Source: an uncultured Trueperaceae bacterium
GTDB lineage: Bacteria; Deinococcota; Deinococci; Deinococcales; Trueperaceae
Direction of reading: 5' to 3'
DNA: 64,000 bases
Assembly (NCBI GenBank): GCA_963799485.1
Contig: CAWCXJ010000007.1
Location: 224,001 to 288,000, forward strand
Shown here: piece by piece, positions 30,442-42,051 of the stretch
Numbering within the stretch: the first letter of the stretch is position 1
Layout of the letters: each line of letters starts with the position of its first letter
Translations under genes and position numbers: made by a program
The notes under the pieces: generated by a model
Seen by the model: the letters and a program-made list of their open reading frames with translations, nothing else
Database searches by the model: none
Told to the model about the DNA's origin: nothing

Positions 30442-30701
30442 TTCGCGCACTTTCCACGTGAACAGCTGCTAGTTCTCGCGAGTGAGGCGTTTTTCAAGAA
30501 CCCGGCGGCGAGCTTTCACACCACCCCGGTTTGGGTTTACCCGAAATCTACCTGCCCGTCTATCGGCAGCTCAATTAGGAGCGGTCCGCTGAACTTAAAA
30601 CGCAGTTGGGGGCGTACTTCGCGCCGCACAACGCCCGGCTCGAGGCGCTTTTGGGACGACCTTTCGGGACGAACCCCCAACCGCTGCCGCCGAGAAGCTA
30701 A
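30442..30701 (+). pseudogene. C-terminal remnant of a sulfotransferase
   Basis: FAHFPREQLLVLASEAFFKNP ... LGLPE ... YFAPHNARLEALLGRPFG. Confidence 0.7.
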
Positions 30702-30736
30702 AAGCAGCGTGGTTACGTAGTTACGTGACTACAGGG

Positions 30737-31558
30737 TCAACTCTCGTGGCGGACGAGCAGCCGGAAGAGGATAAACAAGCCGAGTGCGGCGACGGTGAGT
30801 ACGCCGGCGAGTGCGAGCGCCGCGTCAAGCTCGCGCTCGAGGCCCGCATAAATCGCCAGCGGCAGCGTGCGCGTCCGGCCCTGCAAGCTCCCGGCAAAAA
30901 CAATTGTCGCACCGAACTCGCCCAGCGCCCTAGCCCACGCTAAAACCAAGCCTTCGGTAAACGCCGGCCGCGCGAGCGGCCAGGTCACAAACCAAAACGC
31001 TCCCCAACGGCCCGCGCCGTCGGTTAAGGCGGCGGCCTCGAGGTCGCGCGCTACCCCCGCAAAGCCGACCTTGAGCGCCCGAATGTAAAACGGACTGGCG
31101 ACAAAAAGCTGCGCCAATACAACCGCCGAGGTGGTAAACGCCAGCGTAATCCCCAGTTCGTTCAGCGGTTCACCGACAAGCCCGCGCCGCCCGAACACGA
31201 GCAAAAGCCCGACCCCGGCGACAACCGGCGGCAAGACGACCGGCAGGTCGATAAGACCCTCGAGCAGTCTCCGCCCCCGGAAACGGTAACGGGCGAGTAA
31301 ATAGGCGACGGGTGTGCCCAAAAGTACGGTCAAGACCATGCTGATGCCGGTCGTTACGAGACTGAGGCGCAGGGCTTCGGCGGCGGCAGGCTCCAAAAGC
31401 GTGGCAAGCGCGGTGGGCGCTGCTGCGCGGACGAGAAGCACCGCGACCGGCAGGCCGAACAGTACGAACAGGATAAAAGCCGCTGCCAGAGGCAAAAGCG
31501 GGACTCTCTCCCACGAAGCCCCCGCAAGACCTTTACGGTTTGGGTCGGCGGGAGTCAA
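30737..31558 (-). CDS. modB: Molybdate ABC permease
   Basis: DLPVVLPPVVAG, LEAAA..DGA, WARALGEFGAT, TLPLAIY. Confidence 0.88.
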   Translation of the reverse strand: MTPADPNRKGLAGASWERVPLLPLAAAFILFVLFGLPVAVLLVRAAAPTALATLLEPAAAEALRLSLVTTGISMVLTVLLGTPVAYLLARYRFRGRRLLEGLIDLPVVLPPVVAGVGLLLVFGRRGLVGEPLNELGITLAFTTSAVVLAQLFVASPFYIRALKVGFAGVARDLEAAALTDGAGRWGAFWFVTWPLARPAFTEGLVLAWARALGEFGATIVFAGSLQGRTRTLPLAIYAGLERELDAALALAGVLTVAALGLFILFRLLVRHES

Positions 31559-31821
31559 AGGTTCTGCAGTCTGTTGGAAGGCGTCAGGTCTGGGCGCTCT
31601 AACTGTGCGCTTGGCTGTAGCCGTAAAGGGTCAAAGACGTTGGTCGAGCCGGGGGTCACTCGAGCATTTTATCTACATAATCTCAACTTGCATACAGGTG
31701 GCAGCGGTAAAGTGGTAGCGCCGCAGCACCCGAATTCTACTCACAGCTAAACCCGCTGCCAGCTTATCCGCTGTTCGGATGGCGCGCGGCGAGTGTGTCA
31801 TACTTGACCCTCGGAGGTGCT

Positions 31822-33030
31822 ATGCCGGGAGTTGCAATCATCGGGGCACAGTGGGGAGACGAGGGCAAGGGTAAGGTCGTCGACGCTTTGGCCCACGACG
31901 CAGATGTGGTCGTGCGTTACTCGGGCGGCGCGAACGCCGGTCACACGGTCGTCGTCGGCGGCGAGATTTTCAAACTCCACCACCTGCCCTGCGGCGTCTT
32001 GCACGACCAGCCGGTCTCGGTATTGGGTGGCGGTATGGTCGTTGACCCGTGGTCGTTTCGCCTGGAGTTTGAAGCCTTCGCCGAACGCCGCGACCCCGGT
32101 CAGGTGGTCGTGTCCGAAGAAGCGCACCTGGTCTTGCCGCATCACAAAAAAAACGACGAGGGCGGCGGTTTTGTCGGCACCACCGGGCGCGGCATCGGCC
32201 CCTGCTACTCGGACAAGGCGCGGCGTATCGGCCTGCGTTTCGGCGACCTGCACGACGCGTCGGTTTTGCGCGAACGCCTAGCGCGGCTGTTAGAAGCCAA
32301 ACCCAACTCGACAGCAAGGGTCGGCTGGACGGATGTGGACACGGCTTTTGACGCGCTTCACGACGTCCGCGAGTTCATCTTGCCGTTTGTCGGCGACGCC
32401 GGACACCTGGTGCGCGAGGCGCTCCGTAAAGAGAAGCGGGTGATGTTCGAGGGCGGTCAGGGGACGATGCTCGACCTCGCTTACGGTACCTATCCGTTTG
32501 TTACGAGCAGCCACCCGACCACGGGCGGCATTCTGGTCGGGGCGGGCGTCAGTCACAAAGCCCTAACCAACGTTTACGGCGTCGTGAAGGCGTTTACCAG
32601 CCGGGTGGGGCATGGCCCCTTTATGACCGAGCTTGATGGTGAGATGGCGGGGCGTTTACGCGGCAGCGGGTCGAACCAGTGGGACGAGTTCGGCACCACG
32701 ACCGGGCGGGCGCGGCGGGTCGGCTGGCTCGACCTGGTACAGCTCAAGTATGCCTGCGATATCAACGGCTTCGACGGCTTGGTCGTGACCAAGCTCGATG
32801 TACTTTCAGGCTTGGATAGCGTACAGGTCTGCACATCTTACGAAGACGGTCAGCCCGTTTACGAAATGCTGCCCGGTTGGGGCGATTTGCAAGGACTCGG
32901 CAGCCGCGACGCACTCCCCAAAGAAGTGCTGGATTATCTGGGCTGTATCGAACACTTTACGGGGGTGCCGGTAGCGATGTTCTCGACGAGTCCAAAACGC
33001 GAAGACACCTACGGCAAAATCAGCTGGTAG
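31822..33030 (+). CDS. purA: Adenylosuccinate synthetase
   Basis: QWGDEGKGK, GGANAGHT, GTYPFVTSS, EFGTTTGRARRVGW; RBS GGAGG. Confidence 0.97.
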   Translation: MPGVAIIGAQWGDEGKGKVVDALAHDADVVVRYSGGANAGHTVVVGGEIFKLHHLPCGVLHDQPVSVLGGGMVVDPWSFRLEFEAFAERRDPGQVVVSEEAHLVLPHHKKNDEGGGFVGTTGRGIGPCYSDKARRIGLRFGDLHDASVLRERLARLLEAKPNSTARVGWTDVDTAFDALHDVREFILPFVGDAGHLVREALRKEKRVMFEGGQGTMLDLAYGTYPFVTSSHPTTGGILVGAGVSHKALTNVYGVVKAFTSRVGHGPFMTELDGEMAGRLRGSGSNQWDEFGTTTGRARRVGWLDLVQLKYACDINGFDGLVVTKLDVLSGLDSVQVCTSYEDGQPVYEMLPGWGDLQGLGSRDALPKEVLDYLGCIEHFTGVPVAMFSTSPKREDTYGKISW

Positions 33031-33188
33031 CTGCCAAGGTCGTACGTTTTATTGCTAATGTAAACTTTCTCGGTGGCGCGTTTTATTGGCGATCTCTGCT
33101 AAAAATCGTGCGCATAATGCTCGAGAATGCAGCGTAACGACCTGACCTGCTTGAAAAAACCAGGTTTAGTAGGGCTAGGAGGTCAATC

Positions 33189-34151
33189 ATGCAGTATCGG
33201 CAACTGGGCAAAACAGGGCTTGAAGTGTCCGAAGTCGGTTTCGGCGCGTGGGGTATCGGTGGCGGCTGGGGTGAACGTGACGACAAAGCGGCGCTCGCCG
33301 CGTTGGAACGTGCTCTCGAGCTGGGCGTCAACTTTATCGATACGGCGCTGGCCTACGGCGAAGGTCACTCTGAAAAGCTGATCGGTGAGGCGGTGCGGGG
33401 GAGTAGCAAAGAAGTCGTAGTTGCGACCAAAATACCTCCCAAAAACCGGGTTTGGCCCGCGCAAAAAGGTTCAAAACTCAGCGAAACGTTTCCTAAGGAT
33501 TATGTGCTCGAGTGTACCGACCGCTCGCTCGAGAACTTAGGGTTGGAGCGGCTAGACGTGCAGCAGTTTCACGTCTGGGACGACGCCTGGGCCGAGCAAG
33601 ACGAGTGGCACGAAACCGTGCGTGAACTCAAAGACTCGGGGCGTATCCGCGCTTTTGGCTTGTCTATCAACGACCACGAGCCGGACAACGCGCTCGCTGC
33701 GCTCAAAACCGGTTTAGTCGATTCGGTTCAGGTCATCTACAACATCTTCGAGCAAACCCCGCAGGAGAACCTGTTACCCGCGTGTCTAGAGCATGGAGTT
33801 GGAGTGATCGTCCGGGTTGCGTTAGATGAGGGCGGCCTGACCGGAGCCGTTACGCCCGACACGGAGTTTGAAGAGGGCGACTGGCGGCAGAGCTACTTCA
33901 AAGGGGACCGTAAACGCGAGGTTTTTGAAAGGACGCAGGCGCTTTCATTCTTGACTGAAGACGGCTCGAGCCTCGCCGAAGCCGCGCTCCGGTTCGTCTT
34001 GTCGCACCCGGCTGTCTCGTCGGTTATTCCGGGGATGCGCTCACCGGGTCGGGTCGAGCAAAACGTCAAGGTTTCAGACGGACAGCCCTTTTCGGTCGAA
34101 ACGCTAGACAGGCTTAAAGCTCACGCGTGGCCCCGTAACTTCTACCGCTAG
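33189..34151 (+). CDS. Aldo/keto reductase
   Basis: LGKTGLEVSEVGFG, DTALAYG, ATK, VIPG. Confidence 0.92.
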   Translation: MQYRQLGKTGLEVSEVGFGAWGIGGGWGERDDKAALAALERALELGVNFIDTALAYGEGHSEKLIGEAVRGSSKEVVVATKIPPKNRVWPAQKGSKLSETFPKDYVLECTDRSLENLGLERLDVQQFHVWDDAWAEQDEWHETVRELKDSGRIRAFGLSINDHEPDNALAALKTGLVDSVQVIYNIFEQTPQENLLPACLEHGVGVIVRVALDEGGLTGAVTPDTEFEEGDWRQSYFKGDRKREVFERTQALSFLTEDGSSLAEAALRFVLSHPAVSSVIPGMRSPGRVEQNVKVSDGQPFSVETLDRLKAHAWPRNFYR

Positions 34152-34174
34152 ACCCGGAAGCTGACGCTTTTGCG

Positions 34175-35437
34175 TCAGCTTTCAGCAGCGTAAGCACGGT
34201 CTAAGAGCTGAACGGTGTGCAAAACTGGCAGAGGCCGCCCCAGATTTTTAAGCTGTAACGCAATTTGCGTGGTGCAGCCGATGTTTCCGCTGACGACAAG
34301 CTCCGCGCCGGTATCTAAAAGGTTTTGCGCTTTGCGCAAGCCGAGCTCACGCGCCATCTCAGGATGCTCGAGGTTGTATGTCCCGGCAGAGCCGCAGCAC
34401 AGCTCGGCTTCGGTGGGCTCGAGCAGCTCAACGCCCGGAATCTGCTTGAGTAGCGCTCTCGGTTCGCGCGTCACCTTTTGCGCGTGCGCCAGGTGGCAGG
34501 CGTCGTGATAGGCAATTTTTAGCGGCCCGGGTAGCGCTGGCGGTTCCAGAATGCCCAGTTCGGATAGAAATACACTGACGTCTTTTGTTTTGCTCGAGAA
34601 CCCTCTCGCTGTTTCCTCTTCCGGTTCACCTTTAAGCCACAGCGGATATTCGTGCAAGCCCGAGCCGCACCCGGCAGCGTTCGTGATGATGGCGTCTACC
34701 TCGTCTGGAAACGCCCCCAGGTTGTTTTTGGCAAACGCTTGCGCCTGCGTTTTGACGCCCGTGTGCGCGGCGAGCGCCCCGCAACAAGATTGCGCTTTGG
34801 GTACGACGACCTCGACGCCGTTATACGCCAGCACCCGCAGCGTGGCCCAGTTGAGGTCGGGGTCTAGCACCTGCTGGGCGCAACCCGCGAGCAGGGCGAC
34901 CCTGCCCCGCCGCTTTCCAACCGCCGGAAAAAACTCCGGCAACGGTTGCGCTTTCGGCACACGTTCCGGCAACATCCCCAACATACTGCCCAACTTTTTG
35001 GGTAACAGCGGACGGAGCGGGCTGGCGACGCCCCCGGTGTGCGCGGCGGCGCGAAAACGGGCGGGGTACGGCAGCGTTTCGGTGACGAGGCGGCGGAGGG
35101 CTTTTTCGGCTAAAGGACGTTCGCGCTCCCCTTCGGTCTCCATCCGAAACGGGGTGATGAGTTCGCCGTATTCGACCCCCGAAGGGCAAGCCGTGACGCA
35201 CGCCAGACAACCCAAACAGGCGTCGATATAAGGTGTCGCCTCGACAAGGGAGAGGTCTCCTTCCAGAACTTCTTTCATCAGGATGATGCGCCCGCGCGGG
35301 GAGTGCATCTCTTCACCCGTAACGACGTAAGTCGGACAGGTCGGCAGGCAAAAGCCGCAGTGAACGCAACTCTCGATTGCCTCCGCCATCGGCTTAGTGA
35401 GGGGTGGACGCTCATTAACCGGGATTTTATGCTGCAC
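34175..35437 (-). CDS. glcF: Glycolate oxidase Fe-S subunit
   Basis: [24 protein letters not shown], two CCG domains. Confidence 0.93.
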   Translation of the reverse strand: MQHKIPVNERPPLTKPMAEAIESCVHCGFCLPTCPTYVVTGEEMHSPRGRIILMKEVLEGDLSLVEATPYIDACLGCLACVTACPSGVEYGELITPFRMETEGERERPLAEKALRRLVTETLPYPARFRAAAHTGGVASPLRPLLPKKLGSMLGMLPERVPKAQPLPEFFPAVGKRRGRVALLAGCAQQVLDPDLNWATLRVLAYNGVEVVVPKAQSCCGALAAHTGVKTQAQAFAKNNLGAFPDEVDAIITNAAGCGSGLHEYPLWLKGEPEEETARGFSSKTKDVSVFLSELGILEPPALPGPLKIAYHDACHLAHAQKVTREPRALLKQIPGVELLEPTEAELCCGSAGTYNLEHPEMARELGLRKAQNLLDTGAELVVSGNIGCTTQIALQLKNLGRPLPVLHTVQLLDRAYAAES

Positions 35438-36515
35438 CTGAGACCTCCGCGTCTGTAGTATGGGCGGCAGTCACCGTAAAAATGCCGCGCGGGTCGAACA
35501 CTCTTTCAATGCGTTCTAAAAATGCGTTGCCGGTCTGAACACCTACGTGCGGGTTAAGCCAACTGCCTGTAAGCGCCAAACCTGATAGCCGCTGATGTGT
35601 AAGCAGTGTCTCGAGCCCCGTTCTCTCAGCCTCAGGCCAAGCCAGATAACAGACGTTGCCGCCGACGCCGTAACGGTGCGGCACACTAACCGGGGAGAGC
35701 GCAGCCTCGAGCCCCGCAACCTGACGCGGACTGTGAACGACCTTGACGAGCGCGTGACCTGCCGGCACCCAGCCAAACGCCTTCGCTTCGCGCCAGAGTT
35801 CGCTTTCAGCGTCACCCGTTAAGACTTCGCCGGGTTGCCGTAAAAACGCCTGAACGCGCTCCAAACGCCCCGGCAGCGCTGCGCTGCGTCCGCCGAAACG
35901 CACCAGCAGACGCGTGGGCGGGAGAAGCTCGAGCGCCACCGCTTCAAAGCCGGACAGTGCCAGCTGCCGCATCAGCGCGTCGGCTTGCGTGAAATCAGTC
36001 GCCTCTAGTTGTAAAGTCGTGTAGCTTTCGGGACTCGGAAACACCTTGAAGGTCAACTCTACCAGCACCCCAAAACGTCCGAGACTGCCGACCATCAGCT
36101 TGGGCAAATCGAACCCTGCCGCATTTTTAACGACTTTACCGCCGCCTGAGAGCAGCTCACCCGACCCATCAACAAAGCTCACGCCCAGCAAAAAGTCACG
36201 GACGCCGCCGTAACGAAAACGCCCCGGCCCGGACAAGCCGGCGGCGACCGTTCCGCCCAGCGTCGCCCCGGCGTCGGCAAAAGGTGGGTCGAAAGGGAGA
36301 TATTGGCCTTCGGCAACTAACAGGTCGCTCACTTCTGAAAGCTTTGTCCCGGCGAGCGCCGTAAAGGTGTACTCGTGCGGGTTGTACTCACCGACCCCGG
36401 ACAGGTCACGCAGCTCGAGCCCCGCCCCCCGCGACAATGCCGGTTTGCTGCCGCCACCTCGCACCCGGAGATGCTTTGCGGCTTTTACGGCGTCTTGAAT
36501 CTGTGCGGCGTTCAT
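35427..36515 (-). CDS. glcE: Glycolate oxidase FAD subunit
   Basis: [19 protein letters not shown]; position between glcD and glcF. Confidence 0.92.
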   Translation of the reverse strand: MNAAQIQDAVKAAKHLRVRGGGSKPALSRGAGLELRDLSGVGEYNPHEYTFTALAGTKLSEVSDLLVAEGQYLPFDPPFADAGATLGGTVAAGLSGPGRFRYGGVRDFLLGVSFVDGSGELLSGGGKVVKNAAGFDLPKLMVGSLGRFGVLVELTFKVFPSPESYTTLQLEATDFTQADALMRQLALSGFEAVALELLPPTRLLVRFGGRSAALPGRLERVQAFLRQPGEVLTGDAESELWREAKAFGWVPAGHALVKVVHSPRQVAGLEAALSPVSVPHRYGVGGNVCYLAWPEAERTGLETLLTHQRLSGLALTGSWLNPHVGVQTGNAFLERIERVFDPRGIFTVTAAHTTDAEVSGAA

Positions 36516-37957
36516 ACGCGGCTGATCACGCCCTGCTGCTCGAGCGGGTGCGGTTTCGCGCTGATAAGTGCGGGCGCTTCGCCGTGCGGGAGCATCTTGC
36601 CGCTGTTGGCGAGTTCCTTGGGGTCTACGGCCTCACGCAGCCGTACCATCACCGCCATGTCACGTTCGCTGTACTGCTCGGACAAGTAGGCTTTTTTCTC
36701 GACGCCGACGCCGTGTTCGCCGGTAATCGAACCGCCCATGCGGATGCATAAGCGCAAGATTTCCCCGGCAAGTGCTTCGGCGCGTTCCATTTCGCCTTTG
36801 GTAGAGTCGAACAAGATGAGCGGGTGCAGGTTGCCGTCCCCGGCGTGAAACACGTTGGCGACGCGGAGCTCGTAGCGTTCGCTTAAACTTTTAATCGCAG
36901 CGAGCGCTTCTCCCAAACGGCTGCGCGGCACCACGCCGTCTTGTACGAGGTATTCGGGGCTGAGCCGCCCGACGGCGGAAAATGCGCCTTTGCGCCCCTT
37001 CCAAATCTTTTGCCGCTCAAGCTCGTCTTGCGCGATTTGGACGCGGTACGCGCCCGACGCTTCTAAAAGCTCGAGCAACACAGGCGTTTCGGCAACGACC
37101 TCTTCTTGTGGCCCCTCGAGCTCGACAATCAAAAGCCCCTGTGCGTCCGCCGGATAGCCCGCGTGAACGGCGGCTTCGGCGGCGTCCAGCGCCAGCCTGT
37201 CCATGATTTCCATCGCTCCCGGCAGGAGGCCCGACGCGACAATTCTTGTGACGGCGTTGCCGGCGTCCTCGAGGCTCCGGTACGCCGCCATCACCGTCCG
37301 GTACTCCTCGACTTTGGGCAGCAGCCGCAGGGTTATCTCTAAGGCAATTCCAAACAAACCTTCCGAGCCGACGAACAACCCGACCGAATCGGGGCCGAGG
37401 GGCTCGAGGCTGTCCCCGCCCAACTCGGCAATCTCACCGTCCGGCAAGGCAACTTTGAGCCCCAAAACATGGTTTGCGGTCATGCCGTATTTGAGGCAGT
37501 GCGCGCCCCCCGAATTAAACGCGACGTTGCCGCCAATCGTGCAGACCGGCCCCGACGACGGGTCGGGCGCGTACAACAGGCCGTAGGGTGCGGCAACGCG
37601 GCTTACCTGCGCGTTCAAAACGCCCGGTTGGGCGACGCAGGTGCGAGACTCGGGCTCGAGCCTCAAAACCTTGTTCAGCTTGTTGAGCGCGATGACGATA
37701 CCGCCCTCGATGGGCAGCGAACCGCCCGACAGACTCGTGCCGCTACCCCTTGCGACGAACGGAACCCCGTATTCGTAGCAGAGCTTTAAGGTGTCCGTTA
37801 CGTCTTTTTGCGTCTGTGCGATGACGACGCCCAGCGGTTGCGCCTTAAACGCGACCAAGCCGTCGGACTCGAAGGTTTTGAGCGCCGCCTTGCCCGTGTG
37901 CAGGCGACCCGGTGGAAGGTTTTGCTCGAGCTTTGTAAGAAAGTCGGGTCGCATCAC
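36512..37957 (-). CDS. glcD: Glycolate oxidase subunit
   Basis: [31 protein letters not shown]. Confidence 0.93.
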   Translation of the reverse strand: MMRPDFLTKLEQNLPPGRLHTGKAALKTFESDGLVAFKAQPLGVVIAQTQKDVTDTLKLCYEYGVPFVARGSGTSLSGGSLPIEGGIVIALNKLNKVLRLEPESRTCVAQPGVLNAQVSRVAAPYGLLYAPDPSSGPVCTIGGNVAFNSGGAHCLKYGMTANHVLGLKVALPDGEIAELGGDSLEPLGPDSVGLFVGSEGLFGIALEITLRLLPKVEEYRTVMAAYRSLEDAGNAVTRIVASGLLPGAMEIMDRLALDAAEAAVHAGYPADAQGLLIVELEGPQEEVVAETPVLLELLEASGAYRVQIAQDELERQKIWKGRKGAFSAVGRLSPEYLVQDGVVPRSRLGEALAAIKSLSERYELRVANVFHAGDGNLHPLILFDSTKGEMERAEALAGEILRLCIRMGGSITGEHGVGVEKKAYLSEQYSERDMAVMVRLREAVDPKELANSGKMLPHGEAPALISAKPHPLEQQGVISRV

Positions 37958-38151
37958 TGCCTCCTGATAAAAGCTACGTCCGTGTCAACCTTCAAAACGC
38001 TGTAGCTCAGTATAGCCGCCCAGCCGCCCGGTACGGAGTCGTTGAGGTATTACGGCTGCTCTGCGGTCAGGTTTTGAGTACAACGGTCGCTTAGACCGGC
38101 CTCGAGGCTATACTGGCTCGAGCTGACTTTACTGTTATTACGGAGTCCCTT

Positions 38152-40144
38152 TTGACGACCCTACCCGAACCCTACAGCGCCCAGGAACTCCGGCTTTTAC
38201 GGCTCCTGAGCGACCGCTTTCCCACGATCACTGCCGCACACATCGAGATGATGAACCTGAGCGCAATTTTGGCGCTTCCTAAAGGTACCGAACACTACCT
38301 CTCAGACATTCACGGGGCGTATGAGCAGTTCGAGCACATTTTACGGCACGCCTCGGGTGCGGTTCGCCGTAAAATCCGGCAGACGTTCGGTGACGCGTTT
38401 TCGGGCTGAGCAGCAGATCGATCTGGCGCTCCTGATCTACTACCCCGAAACGAAACTCCGGCAAGTTGCTGCCGAAGATGAGGGCGTCACCGAAGCGTGG
38501 TTTGCCGAACATATCATCGCGCTCGTCCGGGTGGCGCGTAAGTGCGGGGCGCAGTATACGAGGAGCAAGGTGCGTAAACGCCTCGAGCCGCAGCTCGCGT
38601 ATTTGCTCGAGGAACTCCTCAGCGAACAAGGCGGCGGTATCGCGCAAAAAGAGCATTACTACGCGAATATCATCCGCTCGATCATCGCGCTCGGTGAGGG
38701 GGAGCGCGTGATCATCACGCTCTCGTACCTGATTCAAAGTCTGGTGGTCGACCGGCTGAACATCATCGGTGACATCTACGACCGGGGCGGGGCCGCCGAG
38801 CGGGTCGTGGAAAGGCTGATGCGCTACCACGACGTGTCGATTCAGTGGGGCAACCACGACGTGACCTGGATGGGGGCGGCGGCAGGCTCACCGGTACTCG
38901 TCGCCAACGTGGTGCGGCTGGCGCTCCGTTACGCGACGCTCTCGACGTTGACGAGCGGTTACGGGATTGGGCTGCACGCGCTGGCAAACCTGGCTGAAAC
39001 GGTTTACGGCGACGACCCCTGTGAGGCGTTTTTGCCCAAAGCCGACCCCAGTCTGCTGAGCGAATATGCCCCCGACCTGCTCGCCCGGATGCACAAGGCG
39101 GTGACGGTGATTCAGTTTAAGCTCGAGGCCCAGACCATCGCCCGCCACCCCGAATACGAGATGGAAGGCCGGTTGGTGCTGGAACACGTTGACCTGGACG
39201 CCGGAACGCTTTCCGTGGACGGCTCTGAGCTATCCGATGCTCGATACGAACTGGCCGACCTTGAGAGACGACCGCGCCGCCCTGACCGCAGAGGAAGAGG
39301 CAGCTATCGGCGACTTGATGCAGCAGTTTACGCAGAGCAGCCGCCTGCAGGAACACATCCGGTTTCTCTACTCCTACGGCAACATGTTTGAGGTTCGGGA
39401 CGGCAACCTCAAGTTTCACGGTTGTCTTGCCCGTAAATGAGCACGGCGATTTTACCCCGTTTACGCTCTCCGGTGAGACCGTCTCCGGCCCGGCGCTTTT
39501 GGCCCGGTTCGAGGCGCTTTCCCGCGACGCCTACTTCAGCCGCGACCCTGAAGCTCGAGCCGCCGGACAAGACACGCATGTGGTATTTGTGGTGCGGCAA
39601 ACACTCGCCGCTGTTCGGGCGTTCCAAGATGACCACGTTTGAACGCTACGTTTTAGCAGACACGGAGACACACGATGAACCTAAAGGCCCCTACTACGAC
39701 CTTCGCGCCGATGAAGGTTTCTGCCGTAAAGTGTTGAGTGCCTTCGGTGCCGACCCCGAACGTGGCCACATCATCAACGGACACACGCCGGTCAAGGTCA
39801 GAAAAGGGGCACGCCCGATCCTGGCCGGGGGCAAGCTGATTATCATCGACGGCGGCATGAGCGAGGCGTACCGCAAAGTTACAGGAATTGCCGGGTACAC
39901 CCTCGTCGGCACCTCGCACGAACTCGTATTAGCGGCGCACGAACCGTTCTCTTCAGCCGAAGAGATGATCCGGGAGCGCCGTGACCCCGCGCCGAAAACC
40001 GAACAGGTCGAGGTGTTTCCGGAGCAAATCCTGATCTCTAAAACCGATGTAGGCAGAGAACTTTACGCGCAACTGGGCGACTTGGAACGACTTGTCCAGG
40101 CGTATCGTCAGGGCGTCCTGGTCGAGCGGCCTTTGACCCGGTAG
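38152..40144 (+). pseudogene. fbp: Class 3 (Firmicutes-type) fructose-1,6-bisphosphatase, several frameshifts
   Basis: LPKGTEHYLSDIHG, GDIYDRG, QWGNHD, FHGC, WYLWCG..SPLFG, NGHTPV, IDGG, GIAGYTL split over ORFs; shifts near 38403, 39230, 39432, 39575. Confidence 0.88.
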
Positions 40145-40205
40145 TTATTCACCCATTTTTGCAAGTCCAGGTCAGGTACGCTGGCCCAAATCTAGGGAGG
40201 GCGCA

Positions 40206-40535
40206 GTGGACGACGACCAGAAAAAGACGCTAGACAAGTTTAACGAAGCGGTCAACATGACCCCGAAAGAGCTGGAAGACTGGCTCGAGACTGACCATTC
40301 AAAAGAGGTCGGGCAAAAAGATGACGGCGGCGAATCGACCGGTCACGAGATGGGCCGCGAGATCGTCAAACTGCTCGGTAAAAAGCAGGCCGATTACACC
40401 GGCGATGACGTGAAGCACATGCAAAAGGTCGTGTCTTATGTCCACCGGCACAGCGCGCAAAAGCCCAAAGGGGACGTTGAAGATACCCGCTGGCGCTACT
40501 CGCTGATGAACTGGGGCCACGACCCGCTCAAATAA
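40206..40535 (+). CDS. DUF3140 family protein
   Basis: VNMTPKELEDWL, ESTGHE, HMQKVVSYVHRH, WRYSLMNWGHDP. Confidence 0.82.
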   Translation: MDDDQKKTLDKFNEAVNMTPKELEDWLETDHSKEVGQKDDGGESTGHEMGREIVKLLGKKQADYTGDDVKHMQKVVSYVHRHSAQKPKGDVEDTRWRYSLMNWGHDPLK

Positions 40536-40545
40536 GGTGTCAACC

Positions 40546-40584
40546 AAAAAAAGCGCTGAGGTTTGGGCCTCAGCGCACGGTTTT
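40546..40584. terminator. Bidirectional intrinsic terminator
   Basis: A7-GCGCTGAGG-N6-CCTCAGCGC...TTTT between convergent genes. Confidence 0.75.
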
Positions 40585-40601
40585 ACGGTTTGGTTTAAGC
40601 G

Positions 40602-41057
40602 CTAGACGATTTCGACGAGTTCGATTTCAAAGGTGAGGGCTTCGCCTGCTAGCGGGTGGTTTGCGTCTAGCGTGACGGTTTCACCTGCCGCGTCGGTAAT
40701 CGTTACAGGGATGCGCTGACCGTCCTCTTGCTGAAGCTCGAGCTGCTGTCCCGCTTCCGGCGTAATGCCTTCGGGAAACTGCTCTTTGGGCAATTCGACC
40801 ACCAAATCGGCGCGGTGTGTGCCGTAAGCGTCGTCAGGGTTCAAGCGGGCGGTGCGGGTCTCGCCGGGCTGCATCCCGTCTACGGTGCGCTCGAAGCCGG
40901 CGATGACCTGCCCGGTGCCGATGCGAAACTCTAGGGGCTCACGTCCGGCTGAGCTGTCGAACTCGTTGCCGTCGTCGAGGGTGCCTTTATAGTGGACGCG
41001 GACGGTGTCGCCTTGCTTGGCGCTGCGGGTGGCTGAGGTGTTCAGGTTCTGTGTCAT
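40602..41057 (-). CDS. slyD: FKBP-type peptidyl-prolyl isomerase (SlyD/FkpB-like)
   Basis: VRVHYKG, FDSS, GQVIAGFE, DANHPLAG; no His-rich tail. Confidence 0.88.
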   Translation of the reverse strand: MTQNLNTSATRSAKQGDTVRVHYKGTLDDGNEFDSSAGREPLEFRIGTGQVIAGFERTVDGMQPGETRTARLNPDDAYGTHRADLVVELPKEQFPEGITPEAGQQLELQQEDGQRIPVTITDAAGETVTLDANHPLAGEALTFEIELVEIV

Positions 41058-41114
41058 GGTTGCTAGGGTAACGCAGACCTCAGCCGGGCATTGTTGTCCC
41101 CTTGACGCCTCTCA

Positions 41115-41346
41115 CTACCGTTTATCCCGCTCTGTTTTTATCAGCGCCTCCACTAGGTGCAGTGCCCCGAGCCTATTTTGTAGCAATGTGTATTGGGAGG
41201 TTCCCAGCGAGAGTTTTGCTCGAGCTTTTTCCGTCCTGCTCACCATTGAAGAGAACGCACGGAGGGCTCTCTTGCACGTCGTCGGACAAATCCCCTTTGA
41301 CTTCATTTAGAAGTCTTAAGGACTCTTCAATGAGTTTTTTACTCAT
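41115..41346 (-). pseudogene. Small helical hypothetical protein, frameshifted, in an AT-rich patch
   Basis: RBS AAGGAG + MSKKLIEESLRLLNEVKGDLSDDVQE, continuing in another frame ALRAFSSMVSRTEKARAKLSLGTSQYTLLQNRLGAL. Confidence 0.45.
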
Positions 41347-42051
41347 CGTCTTTCTCCTTTATTAGATGTGACGCGGTAGCGCCCAGCATCCAAAACGCTG
41401 TCGAGCCGAATTTAATAACGACGTGCAGATTCGGGAGCCACATCAACTTCAGCATCCATCAAACTCTTTTAGACCATCCTCTAGTCCCTGCAGTCGCTTA
41501 AGCTCCTGCTCGAGTCTCATGGCTTAAGAATCAATAAGTTCCTTGTGCTATTGGATTCATTCTTTCTGACCTTTCAAGGTCTATTTTTATGAATCTTTCT
41601 AGCTCTTGGTCATTGTTCTTAATGGGATATCGTTCCCTCTTTCGAGTTCTTCAATATCTGTCTCTCGTTTGAGAAACGTTTTCAAGCTCGACAGCTTGGA
41701 GAAAGATTTTCAATGTCCACTCAGGCGCTGTGACCTGATAGGTGTTAGATTACTACAAATTCTACACATAGTCAAATTTTTGCTCCCCGTGTCATTTTTA
41801 CTTGCTAAAGTCGTAGTTTTTACAATCGCCACCAAACGCATTTCATGGCTCTTAGTGCCGTTTACGCGCCTTCCACGTCCCGCCGTAACGGTACGTTTCA
41901 GGATGCGCGGCCCGGAGTTCTTCGGTGCAGATTCGGACAGACGAGCCGCCACTGCGATCCGTCCACCTGCACCCGGTAACGCACCGTCGTTTCTTTCCCG
42001 CACCGCTCGCAAAACCCTTCCCGGACGCGCTTGGCTTTCAAAGTCCAACCT

